Below are positions 14,597 to 23,606 of a DNA stretch of 64,000 nt, one piece after another. The DNA comes from Acidobacteriota bacterium. Its GTDB lineage: Bacteria; Acidobacteriota; Polarisedimenticolia; Gp22-AA2. Below the pieces are notes generated by a model that was not told the DNA's origin, made no database searches, and saw nothing but the letters and a program-made list of their open reading frames with translations. Position 1 is the stretch's first letter, and each line of letters opens with the position of its first letter. Location of the stretch: positions 32,343 to 96,342 of the forward strand of contig JBHIBC010000001.1 of assembly GCA_046758905.1 (NCBI GenBank), written 5' to 3'. Both the position numbers and the translations under genes were made by a program.

Positions 14597-15364
14597 ATGC
14601 TGCTGGTCATGGACGTAGGGAACACCAACACCGTCCTGGGGGTCTACGACGGGTCGAGGCTGGTCGCCCATTGGCGCCTGAGGACGGTGCGCGCGAGGAC
14701 CGTCGACGAGTACGGCATCCTGGGGCGCAACCTGCTGACGCTCGCCGGCATCGAGGTCTCCGCGATCGAGGGCCTGATCGTCGCCTGCGTCGTGCCTCCC
14801 CTGAACGGCGTGCTGGAACGGATGGCGCGCGCCTACTTCGGCAGGAGGCCGCTGTTCGTGGAGCCGGGGATGAAGACCGGGATGCCGGTCCTCTACGATA
14901 ACCCGCAGGAGGTGGGGGCCGACCGGATCGTCAACGGCGTGGCGGCGTACGAGCGCTTCCGGAGCGCGGTGATCGTGGTGGACTTCGGGACCGCCACCAC
15001 ATTCGACGCCATCTCGGCCCGGGGTGAGTACCTCGGCGGGTCGATCGCTCCCGGGCTGACGGTCTCGTCCGAGGCGCTGTTCGAGAGGGCGGCCCGCCTT
15101 CCGCGGGTCGATATCCGCCGCCCGGCGCGGGTCATCGGCCGCAACACGGTCCAAAGCCTCCAATCGGGCCTGGTGTTCGGCTACCTGGGGCTGGTGCGGG
15201 GCATCCTGGACGACATGCGCCGCGAGCTCGAGCCGCCGGTGCGCACCATCGGGACCGGTGGAGTCCTGGAACCGCTCGAGGAGGAGCTGGGCGCGATCCT
15301 GGACGTCGTAGACCCGAACCTGACCCTCGAGGGGCTGCGGATCCTGTTCGAGCGCAACCGATGA
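14597..15364 (+). CDS. coaX: type III pantothenate kinase
   Basis: The N-terminus is MLLVMDVGNTNT and a DFGTATTFD motif is present. The true start is the internal ATG of track ORF 14504. Confidence 0.85.
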   Translation: MLLVMDVGNTNTVLGVYDGSRLVAHWRLRTVRARTVDEYGILGRNLLTLAGIEVSAIEGLIVACVVPPLNGVLERMARAYFGRRPLFVEPGMKTGMPVLYDNPQEVGADRIVNGVAAYERFRSAVIVVDFGTATTFDAISARGEYLGGSIAPGLTVSSEALFERAARLPRVDIRRPARVIGRNTVQSLQSGLVFGYLGLVRGILDDMRRELEPPVRTIGTGGVLEPLEEELGAILDVVDPNLTLEGLRILFERNR

Positions 15365-16056
15365 GCGAGGACGGCGACGACGAGGCCTACTACCGGGCGA
15401 TCGAGGAGGAGTTCGTCCGCCGGCGTCGGGCCCCCATCCTGCTGTCGCCCCGAGATTGGGCTCTGATCGGCGAGTGGCGGCGGGAGGGGGTGCCGTTGCG
15501 GGTCGCCAATGTCTTCGACGCCTTCGAGCGCCGCGCCCCCGCCGCCCGCCGGATCAACTCGCTCTCCTACTGCCGCCAGGAGGTGGCGACCCTGCACGAC
15601 ATCCACCGGAGCCTGCACGGCGTCGAGTCGGGCCGGCCCGCCGCGGGGGGAGGGACGGGCGTCGACGCCGCCCTCGTCCGCCACCTCGGCCGCATCACGC
15701 GGCGGGTCCGCAAATCGATGGCGCTCGCCTCAGAAGCGGGGCTCGACGCGTTGGTGGCGGCCCTGGCGAGCGCCGCCGCCGAGATCAGACGGCTGCGCCG
15801 GGCGGTGAAGGCCGGGGACCTGGACCCGCAGCGGCTGGAGGACGAGATGAGAGGCCTCGACGAGATGGTCCTCGAGGCGGCGCGGCGGTCCCTCTCCCCC
15901 GCGGAGCTCCGACGGATCGAGGCGGAGGTGGACGCCCGCCTGCGCGAGCGCGCGGACCGGATGACCGCCGGGGCTCTCGACGCTACCCGCCGGTCCCACG
16001 TGGCCCACCTCCTGCGACAGCGCTGTCGCATCCCTCGCCGGACCCTCTTCGACTGA
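15361..16056 (+). CDS. hypothetical protein (Arg/Glu-rich, helical)
   Basis: It is translationally coupled to coaX by an ATGA overlap. No recognisable domain was found. Confidence 0.4.
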   Translation: MSEDGDDEAYYRAIEEEFVRRRRAPILLSPRDWALIGEWRREGVPLRVANVFDAFERRAPAARRINSLSYCRQEVATLHDIHRSLHGVESGRPAAGGGTGVDAALVRHLGRITRRVRKSMALASEAGLDALVAALASAAAEIRRLRRAVKAGDLDPQRLEDEMRGLDEMVLEAARRSLSPAELRRIEAEVDARLRERADRMTAGALDATRRSHVAHLLRQRCRIPRRTLFD

Positions 16057-16072
16057 TCGGAACGGCGCGCGG

Positions 16073-16101
16073 TTGACCCGGACGCCGGCCGCGGCTATCA
16101 T
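16073..16101 (+). promoter_or_regulatory. sigma70-like promoter TTGACC-N17-TATCAT with the comEC ATG about 11 nt downstream (short or leaderless 5' UTR)
   Basis: The hexamers and spacing were read directly from the sequence. Confidence 0.4.
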
Positions 16102-16112
16102 GCGCGTCCCGC

Positions 16113-18620
16113 ATGGAGAGCCGGCCCCGGGCCGCGCTCGTGGCTTCCCGAGACAGACCGAACCTCACGCGATCGGGCCTCCAGTCGATCCGTCTGGCCG
16201 CCTCCTTCACCGCGGGCGTGTTGGCGGGAGGGGACGGTCCCGGCGCGCTCGGCGCGGCGCTTCCGGCGGCGCTCGTCCCGGCGCTTCTGGCTCACCCGGA
16301 GGAGCGCCTCGACCGGCCGCCCGGGGGGCCCCTCGTCTCTCGCGCGCGACGGCTCGGCGCCGCGCTGTGCTCGCTGGCTCTCGGCCTCGCGGCCGCGGCC
16401 TGGAGCCGGGCGGCCGACCCGGTGCCCGGGCTCATGGCGCGATGGGTGGAGCACGGGTTCCGCTCCCGCGCGACGCCGGTCACGCTGTGGGGGCGACTGC
16501 GCGCGGTGGAGGAGCGACCCGAGCGACGCGCGTGGCTGCTGCTGCGGGCGGAGAGGTTCCGTCTGCCCGGCCGTCCGGCGCTCGAGACGGTGCCGTCGCG
16601 TCCGATCACCGTCCGGTTGAGCGTGCCGCTTCCTCCCGGGGCGCCGGAGCCGCCGTGGAGCGCGGGGCAGCGGGTGCGGGTCACCGCCCGCGTCGGCCCG
16701 CCGCGCTCGTTCGTGAACCCGGGAAGCTTCGACTACGCCGCCTACCTGATGGCGCGCGGGGTGAGCCTCGTCGGTACGGTCAAGAGCCACCGCCTGGTCG
16801 AGAGGCTCAAGGGAGACGGGGCCTGGCTCCACGGCCTGCTCCCCTCCGTGCGACGCTGGATCGTGGGGCGTCTGCGGGAGGCCTGCGGGCCGGAGCGGGC
16901 CCGCGCCGCCTCGCTCCTCGCGGCGCTGCTCGTGGGGGAGCGGCAGGAGATCCCGGACGATCTGGGCGATGCGCTCCGGCGGGCCGGCGTCTATCACATC
17001 ATCGCCCTCTCGGGGCTGAATGTGGGCGTGGTGATGCTTCTCGCCACCTCGCTCCTGCGGCTCCTGCCGCTGGCCGCGCACTGGAGGCGCCGCGCCGCGG
17101 CTTCAGCGGTGATCATCTACTGGGCGGTGGCGCGAGGCAGCGGGTCGATCAGCCGCGCCGCCCTGATGGCGCTGCTGTTTCTGGGCGGCGGGGCGCTGGG
17201 ACGGGCGGTGGCGCCGGCGGGGACGATCGCCGTCTCCGCCGTGCTCCTGCTCGCGGCGAACCCCCACTGGGCCGCCGACGCGGGGTTCCAGCTGACCTAC
17301 GGGGCGAGCCTCGGCATCCTCCTGCTCGCGCCCCGGCGCTCGCCGCTCGGGGCCCGGGCCTCCGGCCCCGCCGGCGGGGTGCTGCGCCTCGTCCTGAAGT
17401 CGGTGTCGGTCTCGGGGGCGGCCGTCCTCGGCACGGCGCTCATCTCGGCCCGGCACTTCCAGGCGATGGCGCCCGCCGCGCTGGTGTCGAACCTCGCGGC
17501 GGTCCCGATCGCCGGCCTGCTCCTGGTCCTGGGCCTGACGACCGCGATCCTGATGCCGCTGTGTCGGCCGGCCGCGGCGGGGGTCGCGATGGCGGCGTCC
17601 GGCCTCGTGCGCCTGCTGTTCTCCACCTGCGCCGTCGTCTCATCGGCGGGGGCGGCGTTCTTCTACGTCGTACCGCCGCCGAGCGCCCTGGTGATCTCGG
17701 GAGGGGCGGCGCTGGTCGCCGCGGGAGCGCTCCGATCGCGCGGCAGGCGCGCTGTGATCGCGCTGCTGGTCGCCGCGCTGGCGGTCACCGCGCTGAGGGG
17801 GCGTGGCCCGGAGGCCGCCGGGAGGCTGGAGGTCGCGGCCCTGGACGTGGGCCAGGGGGACGCTCTGCTCGTGAGGTGCCCGGACGGGGCGACCCTGCTC
17901 GTGGACGCGGGCGGCTTCACCGGCTCGCGGTTCGACGTCGGCGGGCGTGTCGTGGGCCCGGCCCTGCGGGCGATGGGGATCCTGAAGGTGGACATCCTCG
18001 CGGTGACCCACGCCCACCGCGATCACCTGGGCGGGGCGGCGAGCGTCCTCAAGCAGTTCTCCCCGGACGCGGTGTGGCTCGGGAGGATGCCGGAGGGCCA
18101 TCCCGAAGTGGAGGAGCTGGAGAGGCTCGCGCGGGAGCGCGGCATCCCCGTCCTGCGACCGCTCCGCGGCGTCCGCCTCACGCTGGGCGGCGTCCGGGTA
18201 GAGGTGATCCATCCCGCGTCGTCCGCCGGGCCGCGCGGTCCCGTGTCGAACTCCGATTCGCTGGCGCTGCGGATCGAGTACGGGCGCCGCGCCGTCCTCC
18301 TGACCGGCGACCTGGAAGCGGCGACCGAGTCGGAGCTGCTCGCGCGCGAGCGGCTCGCCGCCGATCTGCTCAAGGTCGGGCACCACGGGAGCCGGACCTC
18401 GACCACCGCGCCCTTCCTCGCCCGGGTCGGCCCCCGCCTGGCCGTGATCTCGGTCGGCGCGTCGAACCCCTGGGGGCAGCCGCACCGCGCGGCGCTCGCC
18501 CGACTGCGTGACCGGTCGGTGCGGGTTTACCGGACCGACCTGCACGGCGCGGTGCTGTTCTCCACCGACGGCACTCAGCCGTTCAGGGCGAGGAGGCTCG
18601 TCGGCGACGGCTCGAGGTAG
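16113..18620 (+). CDS. comEC: DNA internalization-related competence protein ComEC/Rec2 with C-terminal metallo-beta-lactamase domain
   Basis: A competence-domain TM block (ALSGLNVGVVMLL) is present. The C-terminal MBL motifs are HAHRDHLGG and VGHHGS. Confidence 0.8.
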   Translation: MESRPRAALVASRDRPNLTRSGLQSIRLAASFTAGVLAGGDGPGALGAALPAALVPALLAHPEERLDRPPGGPLVSRARRLGAALCSLALGLAAAAWSRAADPVPGLMARWVEHGFRSRATPVTLWGRLRAVEERPERRAWLLLRAERFRLPGRPALETVPSRPITVRLSVPLPPGAPEPPWSAGQRVRVTARVGPPRSFVNPGSFDYAAYLMARGVSLVGTVKSHRLVERLKGDGAWLHGLLPSVRRWIVGRLREACGPERARAASLLAALLVGERQEIPDDLGDALRRAGVYHIIALSGLNVGVVMLLATSLLRLLPLAAHWRRRAAASAVIIYWAVARGSGSISRAALMALLFLGGGALGRAVAPAGTIAVSAVLLLAANPHWAADAGFQLTYGASLGILLLAPRRSPLGARASGPAGGVLRLVLKSVSVSGAAVLGTALISARHFQAMAPAALVSNLAAVPIAGLLLVLGLTTAILMPLCRPAAAGVAMAASGLVRLLFSTCAVVSSAGAAFFYVVPPPSALVISGGAALVAAGALRSRGRRAVIALLVAALAVTALRGRGPEAAGRLEVAALDVGQGDALLVRCPDGATLLVDAGGFTGSRFDVGGRVVGPALRAMGILKVDILAVTHAHRDHLGGAASVLKQFSPDAVWLGRMPEGHPEVEELERLARERGIPVLRPLRGVRLTLGGVRVEVIHPASSAGPRGPVSNSDSLALRIEYGRRAVLLTGDLEAATESELLARERLAADLLKVGHHGSRTSTTAPFLARVGPRLAVISVGASNPWGQPHRAALARLRDRSVRVYRTDLHGAVLFSTDGTQPFRARRLVGDGSR

Positions 18621-19576
18621 ATGTCGATCGGCTGGAAGGGGATGAAGCAGAGGAGGAAGATCCCGACGCCGAGCAGGGCGACGGCGACCCGACCCGGCCC
18701 CAGCCCCCGCGCCTCGTCGAGGGTGGGAGGATGCCCGGGCCCTAGGAGCGCGAACATCGCCCCGAACATGACCAGGTGGGACCCGCCGATGAAGAATCCG
18801 CCGAGGATCAGCAGGACGATCCCCGCCCTCGACACCAGGGCGTGGGCCCGGCGCGACACGGCGTACAGCATGTGGCCCCCGTCGAGCTGGCCCACGGGCA
18901 GCAGGTTGAGCGCCGTCGCGAACAGCCCGAGCCACGCGGCGGCCACGGTCGGGTGGAGCCGGATGGCCACGTCGGGCCAGGCTTCGAAGAACATCGGGTA
19001 GAGGAGGTTCAGCAGGAGGCACGAGGCCAGGAAGAGATCCCCCGACTGCGGCGGCTCCCGGGTGACGGTGGAGTGGCCGAGGCCGTAGACCAGGATCGGG
19101 ATCGCCGCCACGAAGCCGGCGATCGGCCCGGCGACGCCCACGTCGAACAGGGCCCGCCGGTCGATGAAGGGTGAGCGGATCCGGATCACCGCACCGAAGG
19201 TCCCGAACGGGGGCGGGCCGGGGAGGAAGAAGGGCAGCGTGGCCTCGATCCCGTAATAGCGGCAGGCGAGGTAGTGCCCCATCTCGTGGCAGCCCAGGAT
19301 GAGGATCACGCACAGCGAGTAAGGCAGGCCGGCGGTCCACAGCCGGGGGGAGAGGGCGACCGTCCGAACGGTCTCCCAGGTCAGCCCGCCGCCGTGCGCC
19401 AGGATCGCCCCCGCGATCAGGGTGGCGAGAACGGTGGCGAGGAACAGGGCGAGGTTCACCCGCGGGCTGACCCGCCGCCTCCGCCCCGGGAGCCGGTCGG
19501 CTGCGATCGGCTGAGCCCCGGTGCCGCGCACCGGGCCGGGGGTGCCGGGGAAGTCGAGCCGGGGAGAGCCGTCCAT
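18575..19576 (-). CDS. M50 family (site-2 protease-like) membrane metalloprotease
   Basis: An HExxH motif (CHEMGHYL) lies in a TM helix. The protein is multi-TM. Confidence 0.7.
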   Translation of the reverse strand: MDGSPRLDFPGTPGPVRGTGAQPIAADRLPGRRRRVSPRVNLALFLATVLATLIAGAILAHGGGLTWETVRTVALSPRLWTAGLPYSLCVILILGCHEMGHYLACRYYGIEATLPFFLPGPPPFGTFGAVIRIRSPFIDRRALFDVGVAGPIAGFVAAIPILVYGLGHSTVTREPPQSGDLFLASCLLLNLLYPMFFEAWPDVAIRLHPTVAAAWLGLFATALNLLPVGQLDGGHMLYAVSRRAHALVSRAGIVLLILGGFFIGGSHLVMFGAMFALLGPGHPPTLDEARGLGPGRVAVALLGVGIFLLCFIPFQPIDIYLEPSPTSLLALNG

Positions 19577-19636
19577 GGCCCGGCCATTCTAATCCCGGCG
19601 CGGCCCGGCGGGGAGGCGGCGGGAGAGACGGCCGAG

Positions 19637-19906
19637 CTATCTCAGATTCCTGAGGTTCTTGCCCGGTTTGAAGCGGATGGTCTTCCCTGGGGGGATCCGC
19701 ACCTCGGTGCCCGTGCGCGGGTTCCGGCCGATCCCCTTCTTGCGCGGCTTAATCTGGAAGACCCCGAAGCCGCGCAGCTCGATCCTCTCGCCGCGGCGCA
19801 TCGATTCCTTCATCGCGTCGAGGATCGCTTCAACGGCCACCACCGCCTTCACCCGCGTGACGTCGGCGGACTTGGCCACGTTGTTGATGATGTCGGTCTT
19901 GATCAT
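19637..19906 (-). CDS. HU/IHF family DNA-binding protein
   Basis: The HU fold signature is RGFGVFQIKPRKKGIGRNPRTG. An SD is present on the minus strand. Confidence 0.8.
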   Translation of the reverse strand: MIKTDIINNVAKSADVTRVKAVVAVEAILDAMKESMRRGERIELRGFGVFQIKPRKKGIGRNPRTGTEVRIPPGKTIRFKPGKNLRNLR

Positions 19907-20055
19907 CTCCAGGCCTCCAACCAGCGCGGAACCGACGTAAGTTGCTGAAAGTATAGGGAGCTAGGTCATCGGTGTCAAGACGGAGCGCACCGGGGCGTGT
20001 GGTATATTCCCTTGTCTGCAAAGGACTTCCGACCAAGAGCCGGGAGAAGTCCGTG

Positions 20056-21372
20056 ATGCCCCTTCCCGTGGTCGCCATCGTTGGCGCGCCGAACGCCGGC
20101 AAGTCCACTCTTTTCAATAGATTGCTCGGCAGGCGCAGGGCCATCGTCGCCGCCCGTCCCGGGGTGACGAGGGACCGGATAGCGGGCGAGTGCGACATCA
20201 TCGGCGCGCGGTTCATCCTCCTGGACACCGGCGGCGTCCTCGGCGGCCAGTGGGGGGACGACCTGGGCCGACAGGTGAGCCGGGAGGCCCTCCGGGCCGC
20301 GGCGGAGGCCGACCTGGTGCTGCTCCTCGTCGACGCGCGCGCCGGACTGACGGCGGGCGATCTTGAACTCGCACGACGGCTGCGGTCGGCCGGCAGGCCC
20401 GTGATCCCGGTGGCCAACAAGATCGACGCGGTCGGGCAGGAGGGGCTGGAGATCGATCTGTACCGGCTGGGGCTCGGGGAGGTCGTGCCGATCTCCGCCG
20501 AGCACGGCCGCGGCATCGACGGCCTTCTGGAGAGGATCCGCGATGCCCTCCCGCGGCGCGAGGTCGGGGAGGGAGCGGCGGGCGTCCCGGTCGCCATCAT
20601 CGGCCGGCCCAACGTCGGCAAGTCGTCGCTGTTCAACCGGATCGCCGGGCAGGACAGAGCGATGGTCTCGGCCTCTCCGGGCACCACCCGCGACCCGGTC
20701 GACGCCACCTTCGAGCGCAGCGGTGCGCCTTTCCGGATCATCGACACGGCGGGGATCCGCAGACGCGCCGGCGCCGGCGACGAGGTCGAGTGGGTGAGCG
20801 TGATGAAGGCCCGCCGGGCGATCCGCGAGGCGCAGGTGGTGATCGCCATGGTCGACGCCGTGGAGGGAGTGGGGCACCAGGACCGGGCGCTGCTCGGCGG
20901 GATCGGTCGCGCCCACACGCCGGTCGTGCTGGCCGTGAACAAGGTGGATCGGCTGCCGGAGGGGTCGGGGGAGATCTCCCGGCGCCTGAGGGAGATCCGC
21001 GAGTCGTTGCGGTTCGCGCCGCATGTCCCCGTGGTGGGGCTGTCGGCCACGACCGGGCTGGGGGTCGAGGGGCTCCTCGAGATCGTCATGGAGCTGCGCC
21101 GCGAGTCGACCCGCCGCTTCGGCACCGCCGAGCTGAACACGGCGCTGCGCGGCATCGTGGTGGAGAGGCCGCCCCCCTCCGATCGCGGCCGCGAGGTGCG
21201 GCTCTACTACATGACCCAGGTCGGCACCGCTCCGCAACGGTTCGTCATCTTCACCAACGGCCGTCCGGTCGCCGCCTCCTACCGCCGCTTTCTGGCCGCC
21301 GCCCTGCGCCGCCGCCTCGGGCTGAGATCGACCTCCCCCGTGCTGGCGTTCCGCCGCCGCCCGTCGCGTTGA
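20056..21372 (+). CDS. der: ribosome-associated GTPase Der (EngA), tandem GTPase domains
   Basis: Two G1 motifs (GAPNAGKSTLFN and GRPNVGKSSLFN) and a KH-like C-terminus are present. The true start is the internal ATG with SD GGGAGAAG. Confidence 0.9.
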   Translation: MPLPVVAIVGAPNAGKSTLFNRLLGRRRAIVAARPGVTRDRIAGECDIIGARFILLDTGGVLGGQWGDDLGRQVSREALRAAAEADLVLLLVDARAGLTAGDLELARRLRSAGRPVIPVANKIDAVGQEGLEIDLYRLGLGEVVPISAEHGRGIDGLLERIRDALPRREVGEGAAGVPVAIIGRPNVGKSSLFNRIAGQDRAMVSASPGTTRDPVDATFERSGAPFRIIDTAGIRRRAGAGDEVEWVSVMKARRAIREAQVVIAMVDAVEGVGHQDRALLGGIGRAHTPVVLAVNKVDRLPEGSGEISRRLREIRESLRFAPHVPVVGLSATTGLGVEGLLEIVMELRRESTRRFGTAELNTALRGIVVERPPPSDRGREVRLYYMTQVGTAPQRFVIFTNGRPVAASYRRFLAAALRRRLGLRSTSPVLAFRRRPSR

Positions 21373-21397
21373 CTCCCCCCAGACCGGGTGCTATATT
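21369..21397 (+). promoter_or_regulatory. near-consensus sigma70 promoter TTGACT-N17-TGcTATATT (extended -10) upstream of mglA
   Basis: The hexamers were read from the sequence. An SD (GGAG) lies between the -10 and the ATG at 21419. Confidence 0.5.
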
Positions 21398-21418
21398 CGC
21401 CACCCCTGCGGAGACCGG

Positions 21419-22354
21419 ATGGTCCTGTTCAACTATTCGACCCGCGAGCTCACCGCCAAGATCGTCTATTACGGGCCGGGGCTCTGCGGCAAGACGACCA
21501 ATCTCCAGTACATCTACGATTCCCTCCCGGACACGGTCAAGAAGGGCAAGATGCTCTCGCTCGCGACCAAGGCGGACCGCACCCTGTTCTTCGATTTCCT
21601 CCCGATCGACCTCGGCACCATCCGCGGCATGAAGACGCGCGTGCAGCTGTACACGGTCCCCGGCCAGGTGTTCTACAACTCCACCCGCAAGCTGGTCCTC
21701 AAGGGCGCGGACGGCATCGTGTTCGTGGCCGACTCGCAGTCCAAGATGCTGGAGGCGAACGGCGAGAGCTACAAGAACCTGGAGGACAACCTGCGGGAGA
21801 TGGGGCTCAAGCTCGACGAGATCCCGCTGGTCATGCAGTTCAACAAGCGGGATCTGCCGAACCTCTCCTCGATCGAGGAGATGAACACGCGGATCAACCG
21901 GCACAACGCCCCTTTCTACGAGGCGGTCGCGACCACCGGGATCGGAGTGGAGGACACGCTCAAGGCGATCACCAAGCTGGTGCTCAATAACCTGGCCGCC
22001 AAGTACAGGCTGGAGGGGGTGGCCCCGGCTGCGGAGGCCGCCCGCAGGGCCGTCCGCGCCCGGCGCCGGCTCCCCCTGCCGGCAGGCCGGAGGCGGCGCC
22101 GAGCCCCGCCGCTGGACCGCCGCCGGCGCCGGCCGCGGAAGCGGCGCAGGAGGACATCGCGCTCGACGCGCTGGAGATCGGAGCGTCGGCCGAGCCCGCC
22201 CGCCCGCCGGCCGCCGCGCCGCCCGCGGCGGCTGCCTCGCCCGGGCCGGTGCCGCTCGCGGCGGCGGCGGGGCCCGGGGAGGCGAGTCTGGCCCTCGGGG
22301 AGGAGATCGCGCGGGAGGGGTTGGACGAGGCTCCCGAGGGCACCGTGGACCTAG
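21419..22354 (+). CDS. mglA: MglA-like Ras-family small GTPase (GTPase domain = first ~196 aa; remainder of ORF is frame-suspect)
   Basis: Over ~196 aa it matches Myxococcus MglA: YYGPGLCGKTTNLQYIY, TLFFDFLP, LYTVPGQVFY and QFNKRDLP. The last ~110 codons are poly-Arg/Pro, typical of a wrong frame in GC-rich DNA. Confidence 0.8.
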   Translation: MVLFNYSTRELTAKIVYYGPGLCGKTTNLQYIYDSLPDTVKKGKMLSLATKADRTLFFDFLPIDLGTIRGMKTRVQLYTVPGQVFYNSTRKLVLKGADGIVFVADSQSKMLEANGESYKNLEDNLREMGLKLDEIPLVMQFNKRDLPNLSSIEEMNTRINRHNAPFYEAVATTGIGVEDTLKAITKLVLNNLAAKYRLEGVAPAAEAARRAVRARRRLPLPAGRRRRRAPPLDRRRRRPRKRRRRTSRSTRWRSERRPSPPARRPPRRPRRLPRPGRCRSRRRRGPGRRVWPSGRRSRGRGWTRLPRAPWT

Positions 22355-22713
22355 GAGAGGACCTCCTCCAGGAGCTGGAGGAGGAGCCGGTCGCCGCGGG
22401 CATGCAGGCCGGGCCTCGGCCCCCCGGCCCGGCCGCCGCGCCCGCGCCGGGGGACGCGCCCGGCCCGCGCGCCGTGCGCCGTCCCGCGCCCGTCGAGGAG
22501 CAGCCGATCGACCTCGATGAGCCGATCGACCTCGACGGGGACGGGTGGGACGCCGCGTCTCCCGCGGCGGGGGAGCCACGGGAGCCCGCCGTGATCGACA
22601 TCGGGCCCGTCTCCCCCGGCCGGGACGGCGTGATCGAGGTCCCCGTGAGCGCCACGGTGGAAGGCCGCCCCGTCCGCCTCACGCTGCGCGTGAGCGTCCG
22701 CGTCGCCCGGTGA
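22249..22713 (+). CDS. hypothetical acidic Pro/Ala-rich protein with structured C-terminal ~40 aa; possibly the true 3' continuation of mglA after a frameshift
   Basis: Its frame is open from 21991 and reads as plausible protein (EAAQEDIALDALEIGASAEP...IDIGPVSPGRDGVIEVPVSATVEGRPVRLTLRV). The overlapping mglA frame is junk-like over the same stretch. Confidence 0.35.
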   Translation: MPLAAAAGPGEASLALGEEIAREGLDEAPEGTVDLGEDLLQELEEEPVAAGMQAGPRPPGPAAAPAPGDAPGPRAVRRPAPVEEQPIDLDEPIDLDGDGWDAASPAAGEPREPAVIDIGPVSPGRDGVIEVPVSATVEGRPVRLTLRVSVRVAR

Positions 22714-22726
22714 AGCCGGTCCCGGG

Positions 22727-23566
22727 ATGCCCGATGGGAGAACGACGCCGGCGGCGCCGCTGAACCGACCGGGCCCCGATCCCGCCGAGGTCCTGCGCGG
22801 CGCCCCGGAGCAGCGCGAGATGGCGCTGATCCTCGGGCTGGCCTTCTTCCTGAACCTGTTCGGCGGGTCGCTCCTGCAGCTCCTCCACTTCCGCTGGGGG
22901 CTCTTCCTCAGCCAGATGCTGTTCATCGCCGCGCCGGCGCTGGCCGCGATCCGGTGGTTCTACCTGGACCGCGGGCGGATCCTTCCCTTCGGCCCCGTCG
23001 CGGTGCGGACGCTGGTCCCGGCGCTTCTCGGCGCCGCGGGCCTATACCACCTCCTGACTCTCCTCCTGGCGGCGCAGCAGAGGCTCCTCCCGGGCCCGCC
23101 GCCCCTCCGGCCGGCCCTGGAGGAGCTGTTGACCTATCGCGGTCCGGCCGAGTTCGTCGTCGTCCTGTTCCTGGCGGGAGCGGTGGTCCCCGTCTGCGAG
23201 GAGATCCTCTTTCGCGGGTTCGTGCAGGCCGGCTTCGTGCGCGCCCTGGAGAGCGCGCCCAAGGGGATCGCCGCGACCGCATTGGCGTTCGCGGTGTTCC
23301 ACCTCGATCCCTGGCGGTTCGCGCCGACGCTGGTGCTGGGGATCTTCCTCGGGGTGCTGGCGCATCGCAGCCGCGACCTGGTCCCCGCCATCCTCGCCCA
23401 CTCGACCAACAACGTTCTGGCGATCGGCGCGGGCGCCCTGGGGCCGGCGAGCGCCGAATGGCGAGCGGCGCCATGGTCCCTGGGGGGGGCGCTCCTCCTC
23501 CTGGCCGTGGCCAGCTTCCTCCTCGGCCGCCGCCCTGCCTGTCGGCGCCGCGGGCGCGTGCTATAA
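22727..23566 (+). CDS. CPBP family intramembrane glutamic endopeptidase (CAAX protease/Abi family)
   Basis: The motifs EEILFRG, FAVFH and HSTNN lie in TM helices. Confidence 0.7.
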   Translation: MPDGRTTPAAPLNRPGPDPAEVLRGAPEQREMALILGLAFFLNLFGGSLLQLLHFRWGLFLSQMLFIAAPALAAIRWFYLDRGRILPFGPVAVRTLVPALLGAAGLYHLLTLLLAAQQRLLPGPPPLRPALEELLTYRGPAEFVVVLFLAGAVVPVCEEILFRGFVQAGFVRALESAPKGIAATALAFAVFHLDPWRFAPTLVLGIFLGVLAHRSRDLVPAILAHSTNNVLAIGAGALGPASAEWRAAPWSLGGALLLLAVASFLLGRRPACRRRGRVL

Positions 23567-23567
23567 T
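23539..23567 (+). promoter_or_regulatory. promoter with extended -10 TGcTATAAT (weak -35 CTGTCG) upstream of the secreted-protein gene
   Basis: TATAAT is rare in this DNA. The identical 10-mer GTGCTATAAT recurs at the glnA promoter. A strong SD (GGAGAGCAGGGAG) precedes the ATG at 23607. Confidence 0.4.
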
Positions 23568-23606
23568 CCCGCGCCGCCGCTGAATCTCATAGGAGAGCAG
23601 GGAGCC

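Noticed and set aside
16073-18511. 812-aa ORF starting at TTG 16073
   Set aside because: It is an alternative frame of the comEC region with Gly/Arg-rich translation. The in-frame ComEC ORF (16113..18620) has the TM and metallo-beta-lactamase motifs.
22020-22354. 3' third of the 311-aa mglA ORF (RAVRARRRLPLPAGRRRRRAPP...)
   Set aside because: It is poly-Arg/Pro sequence characteristic of a wrong frame. An overlapping frame reads as plausible protein instead. It is kept in the feature only as a frame-suspect region.
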